A DNA stretch of 64,000 nucleotides, from assembly GCA_002269645.1 (NCBI GenBank), contig NIVC01000001.1:2616988-2680987 (forward strand), given 5' to 3'. Within the stretch, counting starts at the first letter, position 1. Each line of letters begins with the position of its first letter. A program made the translations under genes and the position numbers. The notes beneath the pieces were generated by a model. That model was not told the origin of the DNA. It made no database searches and was given only the letters and a program-made list of their open reading frames with translations. This stretch comes from Macrostomum lignano (Eukaryota). Shown here piece after piece: positions 37,521-55,810 of the stretch.

Positions 37521-38605
37521 GGAGAATTATTCGAGAGCCGTTATTAGATCGACGTTTCAATTTAAATGCAGTTTTTTCATTTGCAACCTGGAGTGTACAC
37601 GTAAACGTGCAAATGTAGGCTGCAGCTTTATACACTATTAAATTGTCCGTATTGGTCGCAGTCAAACAGTTCAATACTTTAAGTAGTCAGTTTAGTAATA
37701 TTAAATTAGGCTTGTTTACTACTTGAAGGTTAGTTTTTCCTGATGATGAAAGATGAGATCCCAGCAGACTTGATGCAGACTCGAACTGGGTAAATGTTTG
37801 TCCCTGCTGTCAACACGCTTAGCCAAGCAGGTTGTTTTTCTAGGAAAAGTCGCACTAATCCGATGAAAAAAACATCACAGTCCCTATACAGCTTTTGTGC
37901 GAGTATGATCTCTCTAGCCTTCACCCCTGAGGCATTTTTCTTGGTTTGGCCGGCTCATAATTGCTTACTGATAGCAACTTGGCCTGTTGCTTTTTGTTAA
38001 TTCGATATGTATTCGTTTCGTATTACTTGTAGATTTCCAGGGCGGACCTGATGCTTGAGAATGGAACTGTTCCCATTGCCTGCAGCTTTCTAAATCTAGG
38101 AAGATAGCCGAGTGTGCAGCTGAATTTTAGGTTTGCCATTAGCTCGTACTTGACTAGGTAAAATTATGAACTTAGACTTCTTACCCATGCAGCAATTGTA
38201 CAAATATGGACAACTAAACCTTTTTGCATTCAATTTCGGCAAACTGGCTTTCATTTTTGGCATCAGCTATGGCCGCACATCCGAACTGCATTCGAATTCG
38301 GCAACTCGAGTTTCTATTTAGACAAACTGATATTCAAATTCGGCAAACTGCACTCCATTTCGGCATCGTATATTCAATTTCAGCAGCCAGCGCCTCGTGC
38401 CGCAGACTGTCTATGGAAATAAGCGCATCTAAACCCAAAACTGCATTCAATTTCGGCACAGAAAATATCGATCGAGGAGAGAGGTTACCATAAACTCTAT
38501 GTTAAAAACCGATGTAGAAATCTGAAATGAGAACCATTTATACAGTCTTGCAAAATCTGAAAGCTCTGTGTAAAAAAAAGAGAAAAACAAACAAGCAACG
38601 ACATG

Positions 38606-38860
38606 CAACGTGGAGGATACCATAAGATATCAACTGAAGACTGAGCCCGACTTTTGGATGCACATGAAGCTGGAGACGATTACATGGCGGTGGCTCGCAC
38701 GCTCAATGTTAAACGCTCAACTGCGCGACTTGACGCTCTGCCGAAAGGAGCTGGGAAAAACCCACGGAAAATTTGATGCCCAAATGGCTGACTTAGGAAG
38801 CCCGTTCTTGACGCCAGTCGAGAGCGCGATTTCGTCTTGGAAGGCCGGGATCAAGCAGCT
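38606..38860 (+). pseudogene. Internally deleted Tc1/IS630-like transposase remnant
   Basis: RGGYHKISTED*ARLLDAHEAGDDYMAVARTLNVKRSTAR (HTH), closely followed by SPFLTPVESAISSWKAGIK (SP.LNPIE-like catalytic Glu region). Confidence 0.65.
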
Positions 38861-39104
38861 CTGCTTTCGCTGCCTGTCAACCGCCACCGGTTCATCAACC
38901 CCACTGCTGAAGACCGACAGGGGCGCACCATTGTGCAATTCCGCCGTGACGAGCTTCGGCTTCAGCTTCAACTTTATGATAAATTTTATCGACCTTCGTG
39001 CAGCAGTGAAAGGTCATAACCTCGAGATAAAATATTGCGTGGTTTTTGTCTATGGTAGATGGACCTGAAAAATTCAGCACTTCAAAGCTGCTGCACCCAA
39101 CTGC

Positions 39105-39885
39105 TCCACAACCCGGTCTGAAAATCCCCCACAATCCTGTCTGAAAATCTCCCACAACCCGGTCTGAAAATCTCCCACAACCCGGTCTGAAAATCTCCCA
39201 CAACCCTGTCTGAAAATCTCCCACAACCAGATCTGAAAATCTCCCACAAACCGGCCTGAAAATCTCCCACAACCCGGTCTGAAAATCTCCCACAACCCGG
39301 TCTGAAAATCTCCCACAACCCTATCTGAAGAAAATCTCCCACAACCCGGTCTGAAAATCTCCCACAGCCCGGTCTGAAAATCTCCCACAACCCGGTCTGA
39401 AAATCTCCCACAACCCGGTCTGAAAATTTCCCACAATCCTGTCTGAAAATCTCCCACAACCCGGTCTGAAAATCTCCCACAACTCGGTCTGAAAATCTCC
39501 CACAACTCGGTCTGAAAATCTCCCACAACCCGGTCTGAAAATCTCCCACAACCCTATCTAAAAATCTCCCACAACCCTATCTGAAGAAAATCTCCCACAA
39601 CCCGGTCTGAAAATCTCCCACAACCCTATCTGAAGAAAATCTCCCACAACCCGGTCTGAAAATCTCCCACAACCCTATCTGAAAATCTCCCACAACCCTA
39701 TCTGAAGAAAATCTCCCACAACCCGGTCTGAAAATCTCCCACAACCCGGTCTGAAAATCTCCCACAACCCTATCTGAAGAAAATCTCCCACAACCCTGTC
39801 TGAAAATCTCCCACAACCCTATCTGAAGAAAATCTCCCACAACCCTGTCTGAAAATCTCCCACAACCCGGTCTGAAAATCTTGCA
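39105..39885. repeat. 23-bp minisatellite, about 33 copies
   Basis: TCTGAAAATCTCCCACAACCCGG with variants. Confidence 0.95.
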
Positions 39886-40987
39886 CAAATGGTCTGAGGA
39901 TCACCCTACCCTTTGAGCAAACTAATGTGGAGAAGATTATAACCTTTTACGTCGGAGTATAAATTAAGGCACGCGACTCCCGGCCAGTCTTAATTATGTA
40001 AATCAGAAAATCGCCTTCCGATCAGATCGATCGTGTCATAAAGATTTCGTGCCGGCAGCCGCTATATGCATCTTAGTAATTACGCATCCGAGGTAATCTA
40101 ATTAGCCTGAGCCTTGTTCCGGAATTTCCGACAATGCCCCACGAATCGATCGATATTAATTATACCGAAGCTGAGTTCAGCCGACGCAACTGTGACACCA
40201 AATAAAATTGTTCAATACTGATCAGTAGACAGAGTCGTCAGTTCTCTTTCAAGTTGTGCTGGTTGCGGTGCGAGAAGGGTGAAGATCGAGATGACAGACT
40301 TCTATAGCATGGCTATCATTTAGTGCCATCATGTATAGTGCCTGACTGCAGCAGTACAGGAGTTTTCTCCAGCTGCCTCAGTGGCGGGACTGTCGTAACT
40401 ACTTATAGAGCACAATTTTTGGTTATGTCGTCATAAGGTAGTTTTCTTAGCAGCAGACAAGACCTTAAGGGTAAAACTGCATAGTCAATAAAATAATTTA
40501 CTGTGGATTTGATTAGATTAAAGCTTCCGCTTTATGTAGTCACGCCAGGTGCACGTGATGGTGACTTATGCGGTAAATTGAAATCGTATTTAGTTATAGC
40601 CGATTACAGAGGGATTATTTTTCGATTTACTAAATTGAAAAATTGTATTGTAAATATCTTGAACTCCCTAAGGCTTAGGTTGGTAAGACAATATATAGCC
40701 GTCCGTGGGTTTACTTTCAGAAGTAATTCAGTAAATGGATTTTCTTTACAACTTTAATTTGAATGGGACGATATCTACCTGTACCAGTGCTACAGTAAGC
40801 TACATTCATGTACGTATATCGTTGTGATGAGTCATGAGTCAAGTCATGTGAGCATGTTTACCCCTCTGGGCAGAATGCGCGGGAAAGCAGGTGATGAGTC
40901 ATCGAGTCTACTTTATCTGGCCCTACTACCCTACTTACTATTTAAGAAGCAATACAATTTATTTTTAGCAACAAACTAGCAGTCTAG

Positions 40988-41742
40988 TGCCTGCGGCGAC
41001 AACTGCCTGTGGCGACAACTGCCTGCGGCGACAACTGCCTGCGGCGACAACTGCCTGCGGCGACAACTGCTTTTTTAAGTTAATAACTATGTGAACCAAT
41101 GTACTGTAGTAGTTGCAAATATAGCTTCTGTCAATGTAGAATTTCGCATGTGCTGTTAAATAGAAAAATATATAATAATATACTTTTGAATTCATTACAT
41201 TAAAACCTGTTTTTTATTTCTCTGTTTACCGGTATTCTGTTTTCTTCTAATTACTAATAATAACTATGATGTTACGCTCAGAGTTGTTAAACAAGCTCAG
41301 CAAGCAGTCAGCTGTCTCCACTGTCAGCTGTCTCCACTGTCAGCTGTCTCCACTGTCAGCTGTCTCCACTGTCAGCTGTCTCCACTGTCAGCTGTCTCCA
41401 CTGTCAGCTGTCTCCACTGTCAGCTGTCTCCACTGTCAGCTGTCTCCACTGTCAGCTGTCTCCACTGTCAGCTGTCTCCACTGTCAGCTGTCTCCACTGT
41501 CAGCTGTCTCCACTGTCAGCTGTCTCCACTGTCAGCTGTCTCCACTGTCAGCTGTCTCCACTGTCAGCTGTCTCCACTGTCAGCTGTCTCCACTGTCAGC
41601 TGTCTCCACTGTCAGCTGTCTCCACTGTCAGCTGTCTCCACTGTCAGCTGTCTCCACTGTCAGCTGTCTCCACTGTCAGCTGTCTCCACTGTCAGCTGTC
41701 TCCACTGTCAGCTGTCTCCACTGTCAGCTGTCGCCGCAGGCA
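40988..41742. mobile_element. Non-autonomous element with two inverted 16-bp tandem arrays
   Basis: (TGCCTGCGGCGACAAC)x5 at 40988-41070; (CACTGTCAGCTGTCTC)x about 27 at 41305-41725, ending in AGCTGTCGCCGCAGGCA, the reverse complement of the left unit. Confidence 0.6.
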
Positions 41743-42565
41743 ATTTTCCTAGAACCAAAAACGCCATCATCTAAAGCGAAATAGTTTTTATGAGCCATCA
41801 TCAATCAGTTTACCAAGCAAATATTTATTAGTACAATACAGATCCTTCGTTGGAGTTGTTCTCTTCGCCAGAAACGTAACAGAGCAGGTTAATTGCTAAA
41901 GTGTACCAACTGTCCCCTGAGAAAAACAATAACTAAAAGAACGTTTGGCCAAGACGTGGCATCGATTATACTCAGCAACCGAGCGCGTGCAATTCTCGGT
42001 CGATACAGACAGAAGAAGCCATGCGGACCATCAATCAGCCAGTGTAGGGTCCCAACTCCCCAATGTTGTTGGCTTTTAACAAAATGAGCTTGAAAACCAT
42101 TAGCTAGCTACAGAGTTGAAGAAAAGCTAAACTTTGACTGACTGATTTTGACTTGTTCACCAGGCTCAACAAGGATTCACTCGGCTGACAGTCAGTGAAC
42201 TGAAGGCGATCGTGGCGTCTGAGGTAATTGGGTATGCAAAATTGATTACCCCAGATAGATGCCTCGGGAGGGCCTGTGCGTGGCTAGCAGAGACAGAAAA
42301 GTGAAAACGCAATGAAGACGGAGTTAATTTCTTAAAAGAAAATGCGAATTCGAGCATATGCAGGCTTCTGTGAGCAGCCATTAGCTGCTGCTGGCTCAGC
42401 TCGCCGTCTCTATGTTGCACTTTTTCTTATTCAGTATGCATGTAACACTCAATTTAATGCTCATAAAAGTTAAATGTGAGCTTTAAACTTTTCGAGAGAA
42501 TTTGCTTTAGCGATTATTTATTAATATCGTTGAAACATTAGCTAGAATAAACAAGCGGCAATTAA

Positions 42566-45500
42566 AGGGGATGTCAACTTAAGCACCAGAATGGAGCCCG
42601 AAGTTCAGCTCCGGACCAAACCGACTGCAATCGATAACTTGTCGGCCCAGACGACTAGAATCGCCGAGACATCCCATCCGGCTCCCTTCCTTGGGGTCCC
42701 AGGGGATAAAATGGGGATCTCATGTCAACTTAAGGCTCTGGAATGGAGCCCGAAGTTCAGCTCCGGACCAAACCGACTGCAATCGATAACTTGTCGGCCC
42801 AGACGACTAGAATCGCCGAGACATCCCATCCGGCTCCCTTCCTTGGGGTCCCAGGGGATAAAGGGGATAAAATGGGGATCTCATGTCAACTTAAGGCTCT
42901 GGAATGGAGCCCGAAGTTCAGCTCCGGACCAAACCGACTGCAATCGATAACTTGTCGGCCCAGACGACTAGAATCGCCGAGACATCCCATCCGGCTCCCT
43001 TCCTTGGGGTCCCAGGGGATAAAGGGGATAAAATGGGGATCTCATGTCAACTTAAGGCTCTGGAATGGAGCCCGAAGTTCAGCTCCGGCCCAAACCGACT
43101 GCAATCGATAACTTGTCGGCCCAGACGACTAGAATCGCCGAGACATCCCATCCGGCTCCCTTCCTTGGGGTCCCAGGGGATAAAGGGGATAAAATGGGGA
43201 TCTCATGTCAACTTAAGGCTCTGGAATGGAGCCCGAAGTTCAGCTCCGGACCAAACCGACTGCAATCGATAACTTGTCGGCCCAGACGACTAGAATCGCC
43301 GAGACATCCCATCCGGCTCCCTTCCTTGGGGTCCCAGGGGATAAAGGGGATAAAATGGGGATCTCATGTCAACTTAAGGCTCTGGCATGGAGCCCGAAGT
43401 TCAGCTCCGGACCAAACCGACTGCAATCGATAACTTGTCGGCCCAGACGACTAGAATCGCCGAGACATCCCATCCGGCTCCCTTCCTTGGGGTCCCAGGG
43501 GATAAAGGGGATAAAATGGGGATCTCATGTCAACTTAAGGCTCTGGAATGGAGCCCGAAGTTCAGCTCCGGCCCAAACCGACTGCAATCGATAACTTGTC
43601 GGCCCAGACGACTAGAATCGCCGAGACATCCCATCCGGCTTCCTTCCTTGGGGTCCCAGGGGATAAAGGGGATAAAATGGGGATCTCATGTCAACTTAAG
43701 GCTCTGGAATGGAGCCCGAAGTTCAGCTCCGGACCAAACCGACTGCAATCGATAACTTGTCGGCCCAGACGACTAGAATCGCCGAGACATCCCATCCGGC
43801 TCCCTTCCTTGGGGTCCCAGGGGATAAAGGGGATAAAATGGGGATCTCATGTCAACTTAAGGCTCTGGAATGGAGCCCGAAGTTCAGCTCCGGACCAAAC
43901 CGACTGCAATCGATAACTTGTCGGCCCAGACGACTAGAATCGCCGAGACATCCCATCCGGCTCCCTTCCTTGGGGTCCCAGGGGATAAAGGGGATAAAAT
44001 GGGGATCTCATGTCAACTTAAGGCTCTGGAATGGAGCCCGAAGTTCAGCTCCGGACCAAACCGACTGCAATCGATAACTTGTCGGCCCAGACGACTAGAA
44101 TCGCCGAGACATCCCATCCGGCTCCCTTCCTTGGGGTCCCAGGGGATAAAGGGGATAAAATGGGGATCTCATGTCAACTTAAGGCTCTGGAATGGAGCCC
44201 GAAGTTCAGCTCCGGACCAAACCGACTGCAATCGATAACTTGTCGGCCCAGACGACTAGAATCGCCGAGACATCCCATCCGGCTCCCTTCCTTGGGGTCC
44301 CAGGGGATAAAGGGGATAAAATGGGGATCTCATGTCAACTTAAGGCTCTGGAATGGAGCCCGAAGTTCAGCTCCGGCCCAAACCGACTGCAATCGATAAC
44401 TTGTCGGCCCAGACGACTAGAATCGCCGAGACATCCCATCCGGCTCCCTTCCTTGGGGTCCCAGGGGATAAAGGGGATAAAATGGGGATCTCATGTCAAC
44501 TTAAGGCTCTGGAATGGAGCCCGAAGTTCAGCTCCGGCCCAAACCGACTGCAATCGATAACTTGTCGGCCCAGACGACTAGAATCGCAGAGACATCCCAT
44601 CCGGCTCCCTTCCTTGGGCTGACTGAAACTCCTCTCGCTGGCCCCTAAAATGTTGCTCAGTAGGCTTTCGCTGCTGTGGTAAAGCGTTTTCTCTAGCATA
44701 AAGTCTGGCAACAAGGCTGCGTGGAAGAGCGAAATCAACAAAGCGAAGGCCGGCACCAGACCTTCGATAGCTACATATGTATCTTGGTGGTAAGCGTAGC
44801 AGCCCAGGAGTTTGAGCAATGCCATTACGCTCGTACATGACAATCGCAGCCTGCAGTCCTACTTCCTGCTTTTGCTGACGAGTAGAAGCCAGGAAGAAGT
44901 TGCAATCCTGGATCTCTAAAACCAAAGCGATTGTCCGCTGCTGTCACACACTCTAAGAATCACGCGGTAGGATTTTGAATTATGGCAGAATCAAATCAAG
45001 AAAAATCAAGACGGATGCCACCGACCGAATCGGTTGCTCCAGTTTTCTAGCGGCGTCGCTTGCCGAAACTTCCAACACTCCCGGCGGCTTGGATGTGTAA
45101 CTCAAAGTCTCTCCAGGAGTCACCTTCGTAGCTATCGATGTTTTGAATGGAATAATCGTCTGGGCCGACAAGTTATCGATTTCAGTCGGTTTGGGCCAGA
45201 GCTGAACTTCGGGCTCCATTCCAGAGCCTTAAGTTGACATGAGATCCCCATTTTATCCCCTTTATCCCCTGGGACCCCAAGGAAGGGAGCCGGATGGGAT
45301 GTCTCGGCGATTCTAGTCGTCTGGGCCGACAAGTTATCGATTGCAGTCGGTTTGGTCCGGAGCTGAACTTCGGGCTCCATTCCAGAGCCTTAAGTTGACA
45401 TGAGATCCCCATTTTATCCCCTTTATCCCCTGGGACCCCAAGGAAGGGAGCCGGATGGGATGTCTCGGCGATTCTAGTCGTCTGGGCCGACAAGTTATCG

Positions 45501-46852
45501 ATTGCAGTCGGTTTGGTCCGGAGCTGAACTTCGGGCTCCATTCCAGAGCCTTAAGTTGACATGAGATCCCCATTTTATCCCCTTTATCCCCTGGGACCCC
45601 AAGGAAGGGAGCCGGATGGGATGTCTCGGCGATTCTAGTCGTCTGGGCCGACAAGTTATCGATTGCAGTCGGTTTGGTCCGGAGCTGAACTTCGGGCTCC
45701 ATTCCAGAGCCTTAAGTTGACATGAGATCCCCATTTTATCCCCTTTATCCCCTGGGACCCCAAGGAAGGGAGCCGGATGGGATGTCTCGGCGATTCTAGT
45801 CGTCTGGGCCGACAAGTTATCGATTGCAGTCGGTTTGGTCCGGAGCTGAACTTCGGGCTCCATTCCAGAGCCTTAAGTTGACATGAGATCCCCATTTTAT
45901 CCCCTTTATCCCCTGGGACCCCAAGGAAGGGAGCCGGATGGGATGTCTCGGCGATTCTAGTCGTCTGGGCCGACAAGTTATCGATTGCAGTCGGTTTGGG
46001 CCGGAGCTGAACTTCGGGCTCCATTCCAGAGCCTTAAGTTGACATGAGATCCCCATTTTATCCCCTTTATCCCCTGGGACCCAAGGAAGGGAGCCGGATG
46101 GGATGTCTCGGCGATTCTAGTCGTCTGGGCCGACAAGTTATCGATTGCAGTCGGTTTGGTCCGGAGCTGAACTTCGGGCTCCATTCCAGAGCCTTAAGTT
46201 GACATGAGATCCCCATTTTATCCCCTTTATCCCCTGGGACCCCAAGGAAGGGAGCCGGATGGGATGTCTCGGCGATTCTAGTCGTCTGGGCCGACAAGTT
46301 ATCGATTGCAGTCGGTTTGGGCCGGAGCTGAACTTCGGGCTCCATTCCAGAGCCTTAAGTTGACATGAGATCCCCATTTTATCCCCTTTATCCCCTGGGA
46401 CCCCAAGGAAGGGAGCCGGATGGGATGTCTCGGCGATTCTAGTCGTCTGGGCCGACAAGTTATCGATTGCAGTCGGTTTGGTCCGGAGCTGAACTTCGGG
46501 CTCCATTCCAGAGCCTTAAGTTGACATGAGATCCCATTTTATCCCCTTTATCCCCTGGGACCCCAAGGAAGGGAGCCGGATGGGATGTCTCGGCGATTCT
46601 AGTCGTCTGGGCCGACAAGTTATCGATTGCAGTCGGTTTGGTCCGGAGCTGAACTTCGGGCTCCATTCCAGAGCCTTAAGTTGACATGAGATCCCCATTT
46701 TATCCCCTTTATCCCCTGGGACCCCAAGGAAGGGAGCCGGATGGGATGTCTCGGCGATTCTAGTCGTCTGGGCCGACAAGTTATCGATTGCAGTCGGTTT
46801 GGGCCGGAGCTGAACTTCGGGCTCCATTCTGGTGCTTAAGTTGACATCCCCT
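42566..46852. mobile_element. Foldback element, 4.29 kb; arms are inverted arrays of a 161-bp unit around a spacer of about 530 bp; Kolobok-like termini
   Basis: Left TTAA|AGGGGATGTCAACTTAAGCACCAGAATGGAG; right CTCCATTCTGGTGCTTAAGTTGACATCCCCT|TAG; about 12.6 units (+) and 10.5 units (-). Confidence 0.9.
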
Positions 46853-47014
46853 TAGGAAAATTGGGCTATGAATAAAAAATAATATTTTACTCTCCAAGCA
46901 TGAGAAAATAGCGACGAAAAAGCTGTTTAGAGTATTTTTAGTATAGTATAGTTTATGAAAAATCTAAGTGCATGAAATTGTTAATAAGTGGTGTTAATTC
47001 CTTGATGTCAGCAT

Positions 47015-47800
47015 AATCCAGCCAATCAAAATGCAAGCAATAAGAATTCAGCCAACTTCAACCAATCAAAATCCATCAAAATTCAACCAATCAGAACCCA
47101 GCCAATCAAAATGCAACCAATCAGAATCTAGCTAATCAAAATGCAACCAATCAGAATCTAGCTAATCAAAATGCAACCAATCAGGATCTAGCTAATCAAA
47201 ATGCAACCAATCAGAATCTAGCTAATCAAAATGCAACCAATCAGAATCTAGCTAATCAAAATGCAACCAATCAGAATCTAGCTAATCAAAATGCAACCAA
47301 TCAGAATCTAGCTAATCAAAATGCAACCAATCAGGATCTAGCTAATCAAAATGCAACCAATCAGAATCTAGCTAATCAAAATGCAACCAATCAGAATCTA
47401 GCTAATCAAAATGCAACCAATCAGAATCTAGCTAATCAAAATGCAACCAATCAGAATCTAGCTAATCAAAATGCAACCAATCAGAATCTAGCTAATCAAA
47501 ATGCAACCAATCAGAATCTAGCTAATCAAAATGCAACCAATCAGAATCCAGGCAATCAAAATGCAACCAATCAGAATCCAGGCAATCAAAATGCAACCAA
47601 TCAGAATTCAGCCAATCAAAATGCAACCAATCAGAATCTAGCTAATCAAAATGCAACCAATCAGAATCCAGGCAATCAAAATGCAACCAATCAGAATTCA
47701 GCCAATCAAAATGCAACCAATCAGAATCTAGCCAATCAAAATGCAACCAATCAGAGTTCAGCCAATCAAAATGCAACAAATCAGAATCCAGACAATCAAT
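47015..47800. repeat. 30-bp minisatellite carrying CCAAT boxes, about 23 regular copies
   Basis: GCTAATCAAAATGCAACCAATCAGAATCTA. Confidence 0.95.
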
Positions 47801-48001
47801 ATTCAGCAACTTTCTTGCTAGAGACACAACAATTTAAAAGAATAGCATTGGTGCAGCTAAACATCTATTGACAATAAGTCATGTAATTAATACAGTAAAT
47901 AATCTACTCATGTTAGGAAAGTGCATAAAATGTGACGTCATTGTAGAGTTGTTAACAGTTTTTCAATCACTGTCTCTGATCAGACTGAGACTCTGAGAAC
48001 T

Positions 48002-53485
<5,484 letters not shown>

Positions 53486-53597
53486 GTCGGCAGTTGAAGT
53501 TGTTTCTTGGAAATCTTTTTTGTCGTTTTTCTTCTCTTCTTCCTCTTCTTTTTCTTCCACAGAGGCTTCTATTCTTATTTTTATTTGCCAGTCGGCT

Positions 53598-53608
53598 CTG
53601 ATTGGCTG
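53598..53608 (-). promoter_or_regulatory. Possible CCAAT box upstream of the GPCR ATG
   Basis: CAGCCAATCAG on the minus strand about 115 bp upstream of ATG 53485. Confidence 0.3.
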
Positions 53609-53689
53609 GGCACAACTAATGGGATACTCGTATGGGTGAGGAACTGGGGATTTTGGTGAGATCTAAGTGAAAAAGAAAACTTCAGTGGC

Positions 53690-53935
53690 GTGATTTGGGA
53701 ATGGGGGAATGGATCAGGGATTTGATTCAGGGGGAATTCTAGTGAGATAATGCGAAGATCAGGGGGAATTCTATTGGGATCCTGGCAAGGATCAGGGGGG
53801 ATTTTAGTGAAATACTGGCGAGGATCAGAAGGAATTCTACTGGGATCATGGCTAAAATCAAGGAGGATTCTAATGGGATCATGGCGAGAATCAGGGGGAT
53901 TCTAGCGGGATCATTGTCAGGGTCAGAGGTTATCT
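53690..53935. repeat. Degenerate tandem repeat of about 30 bp
   Basis: GATCAGGGGGAATTCTAGTGGGATC(C/A)TGGC variants. Confidence 0.75.
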
Positions 53936-54559
53936 ATTCGGGAATGTGAAAGAGCAGAGCTACAAACCGAAGCATTCGCTGGTGCTCCAGCCGTTTTTAA
54001 TTAAGAAAACTTTTTTTCTCCTGACTCCACTCCGGCCCCAAAAGAAACTGATGATAATAAAAAGGTGAGCCGCCCCACCTAGATCGAGCGCAGCGGGCTG
54101 GGAGCAGTCCAGAGACAGATCCCGCCCGTCTCGGCCTCGGCGGCAGCCGCTAATGCGCAGGTTCAAACCAAACCGGGAGGAAGCGAATGAAATAGCTATG
54201 AGGAGGAGCTGTCCCAAACTAATTATATTGGACTCAGGAGGTGCAGCCAAGCTGCTCAGCGGGAGAGCAGATGCTGGCAGAGAAAAAGAAAAATTTTCCC
54301 AACCAGCTGAGCCATTATTTATTGTGAGAAGTTCTCTTTCAGCTCACTGGGTCCTTACCGCCCGCTGCAGGCAAGGCCGGTTGGGGTCTCAAAAGAGAAA
54401 TCTGCTTTTGAATAATTTACCTGGCCAGAGCCATCATCGGGGGGGGCGCCTCGAGATTCGGAATTCTGAGCAAGCTGCTTGGGTCAAATAGGAAATCTTT
54501 TCCCCAACATTTATGCCGAGCCCAAGGACTTTCGCAATGCCTGAGGTATCAGGAGGATC

Positions 54560-55035
54560 TGAGTGGGATTTGTAAGGATCTGGCGTTGGGATGAGGGATA
54601 AGATCTGGTTATGGGCTCTAGGGTTGGGATCTAATTTGGGATCTAATTTGGGGTCTAATTTGGGGTCTAATTTGGGATCTAATTTGGGATCTAATTTGGG
54701 ATCTAATTTGGGATCTAATTTGGGGTCTGGGTTGGGATCTAGGGTTGGCATCTAATTTGGGATCTAATTTGGGTCTGGGTTGGGATCTAGGGTTGGGATC
54801 TAATTTGGGATCTAATTTGGGGTCTGGGTTGGGATCTAGGGTCGGGATGTAATTTGGGATATAAGTTGGGATCTGGGTTGGGTGGGAAGAGGGCTGGGAT
54901 CTGGGTTGGGTGGGAAGGAGGTTGGGATCTGGGTTGGAGGCTGGGATCTGGGTTGGGATTTGGGATCTGGGTTGAGATCTGGGTTGGGTGGGAAGGGGGT
55001 TGGGATCTGGGTTGGGATCTGGGTTGGGATTGGGA
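54560..55035. repeat. 12-bp G-rich minisatellite
   Basis: TTGGGATCTAAT / CTGGGTTGGGAT. Confidence 0.9.
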
Positions 55036-55629
55036 TGGAGTTATCAAGGCAATCTTGAACCGGCACTGTTTCAAGTAGACTAGTACCTCAAGTAGATGTG
55101 AAATTGATATAAAAGCAAAGCGAACGTTGTTTAGGATGCTTTCTATCTTGGCGAAAAGTTGTCTTGTTTCTACAAACATTTCACACACAAAACTTTCCTA
55201 GCCTTCTCTAGTAGAAATTGGCCCCTTCCTTTCCCTGGCGAGTTACAGTTCCAAACTCTGTCCGACTTCCTATTTGCAAAGTTTCACTTCCTAATCAAGA
55301 GGCTCCCTCTCGCCCGGCCGACCCTCTGCATTGCGTCTTGGGACCTCAGTGAGGTCGGAAAGCATACGGTAATTTTATTTAAGTCTTCAACTTCTTCTTT
55401 TCCTGAATTTTATTTGGAAGAAATTTTATGTGGCTGTACGGTAGATCCGATGTTAAAAGAAGTGTGCTAATGCACTTTTGAGATTATTGTGTGTTTATGC
55501 TCAATGAAGTATTGAAATTGGCACTTAAGTTGCTGGCGTGAACGTTGCTATCTGTAGTCAGATTTTCAATGTTTGAATGAGATTTAACCTTCAAGAGGTG
55601 GATTGATATTCCCATTATAAGAGTTGCTA

Positions 55630-55810
55630 TTATTGGAGTGAGATTTGAAATCTAGAGATGAGATTTGTAATCTGGAGGTGAGATTTGCAATCCGGAGGTG
55701 ATATTTGCAATTTGGAGCTGAGATTTGCAACCTGAAGGCGAGATTTGCATTCTGGAAGTAAGATTCGCGATCTGGAGATGAGATTTGCAATCTGAAAGTG
55801 AGATTTGCAA
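55630..55810. repeat. 21-bp degenerate tandem repeat, about 9 copies
   Basis: GAGATTTGCAATCTGGAGGT-type unit. Confidence 0.85.

Noticed and set aside
42591-46827. Over 20 staggered 122-aa ORFs (MEPEVQL...)
   Set aside because: Consequence of a 161-bp unit (not divisible by 3) cycling through frames; no protein-like features.
30424-46852. CRISPR-like appearance of the regular arrays
   Set aside because: No unique spacers and no cas genes; these are eukaryotic tandem repeats.
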